In this document: piece after piece, positions 62,892-64,000 of the stretch
How the letters are laid out: each line of letters starts with the position of its first letter
How positions within the stretch are numbered: the first letter of the stretch is position 1
Assembly (NCBI GenBank): GCA_027859205.1
Contig: JAQIBH010000090.1
Coordinates: forward strand, 87 to 64,086
Source of the DNA: Bacteroidales bacterium
Lineage (GTDB): Bacteria; Bacteroidota; Bacteroidia; Bacteroidales; UBA12077
Direction of reading: 5' to 3'
Length of the DNA stretch: 64,000 nt
Translations under genes and position numbers: made by a program
The notes under the pieces: model-generated
Seen by the model: the letters and a program-made list of their open reading frames with translations, nothing else
Told to the model about the DNA's origin: nothing
Database searches by the model: none

Positions 62892-63178
62892 TAAGTTTAT
62901 GTTAATTAGAGATTCTTAGAAAACACCAAATTACTCACGATCATTTTTATTTTTAATGAAGTTCGTGAGCTTCGCAAAGTTCTGCGTTACTCTCAACTTA
63001 AAAACAACCGTTTACAAAAGTAAACTCCTTGATTTTCAAGACTTCGAAAGTCTTGTCTTTGACGCTTTCTAAAAACCTCTTTTAAAATAGTAGTTTTATT
63101 TAAAGCCAAATTATTGAGCTGTCATCTTTCAAAGTTAATGTTTATGCTTAAATTTGTGTTAGATTTAAATGAGAAAAT

Positions 63179-63604
63179 ATGAAAATTCAAATTATTAATG
63201 GACCTAACCTAAATTTATTAGGGACACGAGAAAAAGATATATATGGTGATATCAATTTCGAAAAATACTTAGATTCACTATATGAGGAATTTGATGATAT
63301 TGAGATAAATTATTATCAGTCGAATGTTGAAGGTGAGATCATAAATAAATTGCATGAAGTAGGATTAAATTATGATGGTATAGTACTAAATGCTGGTGGT
63401 TATACACATACTTCTGTTGCTATTAGAGATGCAATAAAAGCTATAAATTCACTTGTGGTTGAAGTACATATTTCTAATGTTTTTGCAAGAGAAGAGTTTC
63501 GTCATACATCATTAATCGCACCTAATTGTATTGGAAGTATTTCTGGTTTTGGTTTAGATAGTTACAGACTTGCAATTGAAGGATTGAAAAAATTGAAAAT
63601 GTAG
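63179..63604 (+). CDS. aroQ: Type II 3-dehydroquinate dehydratase
   Basis: NGPNLNLLG.RE, QSNVEG, HTSVA, EVHISN..REEFRH. Confidence 0.97.
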   Translation: MKIQIINGPNLNLLGTREKDIYGDINFEKYLDSLYEEFDDIEINYYQSNVEGEIINKLHEVGLNYDGIVLNAGGYTHTSVAIRDAIKAINSLVVEVHISNVFAREEFRHTSLIAPNCIGSISGFGLDSYRLAIEGLKKLKM

Positions 63605-63683
63605 TCAGAATTCAGAGAAAAAGTTAAGTTGAAAGGATAAAACGGATGCAAGAGACAAGTTAAAGGTTGTAGATAATTAATGG

Positions 63684-63718
63684 AACTTCGAACTATGTAC
63701 TTGAAACTATGAACTAAT
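63684..63718. repeat. 7-bp tandem repeat, five units
   Basis: AACTTCG AACTATG TACTTGA AACTATG AACTAAT. Confidence 0.75.
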
Positions 63719-63724
63719 TATATT

Positions 63725-64000
63725 ATGATTAAGAAAACAAAAATTGTAGCAACTATATCAGATAAGACTTGTACACCTGAATTTATTGAATCATTGTATA
63801 ATGAAGGGATGGATGTTGTTCGTATGAATACTGCACATCAAAATCGGGAAGGTGCTCTAAAAGTCATACAAGATGTGAGGAAAGTATCAGGAAAAATAGC
63901 TCTTTTAATAGATACAAAAGGACCTGAGGTTAGAACTGTTAAGACAGATAATATTGTTGAATTAAAAAAAGGACAACAAATTTTTATTAAAGGTGATCCA
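63725..64000 (+). CDS. pyk: Pyruvate kinase; runs off the window edge
   Basis: Not in the ORF track; MIKKTKIVATISD...VRMNTAH...LIDTKGPEVRT. Confidence 0.93.
   Translation, partial: MIKKTKIVATISDKTCTPEFIESLYNEGMDVVRMNTAHQNREGALKVIQDVRKVSGKIALLIDTKGPEVRTVKTDNIVELKKGQQIFIKGDP

Overview
AT-rich Bacteroidota chromosome segment, most likely an anaerobic Bacteroidales/Marinilabiliales-type organism (inference). Support: recurrent TAnnTTTG -7 promoter boxes, mostly SD-less starts, and PorE-like and TonB-dependent genes. Bases 1-12.3 kb hold the edge of a flexirubin/aryl-polyene-like cluster (ketosynthase, FabG, FjTAL-like ammonia-lyase). Divergent from it is an operon with BtrH, two ACPs, AcpS, FabD, a sulfotransferase and a cobalamin-dependent radical SAM enzyme, and a second such enzyme lies nearby. 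Also present: an exported superoxide-reductase-like protein paired with a 61-aa cytochrome-b-like membrane hairpin; an octaheme c-type lipoprotein with its own NarL-type two-component system; a serine/glycine cluster lacking serB; and an SPFH/Arc operon followed by an EcoRV-like R-M pair whose nuclease start codon is out of frame across an A7 tract. The rest is housekeeping (uvrA, rsmE, prmA, tpiA, tmk, folP, cdaA, plsY, pckA, ppdK, xerD, aroQ, pyk). No rRNA, tRNA, CRISPR array or transposase was seen. Functional calls come from motif recognition only; no searches were run.
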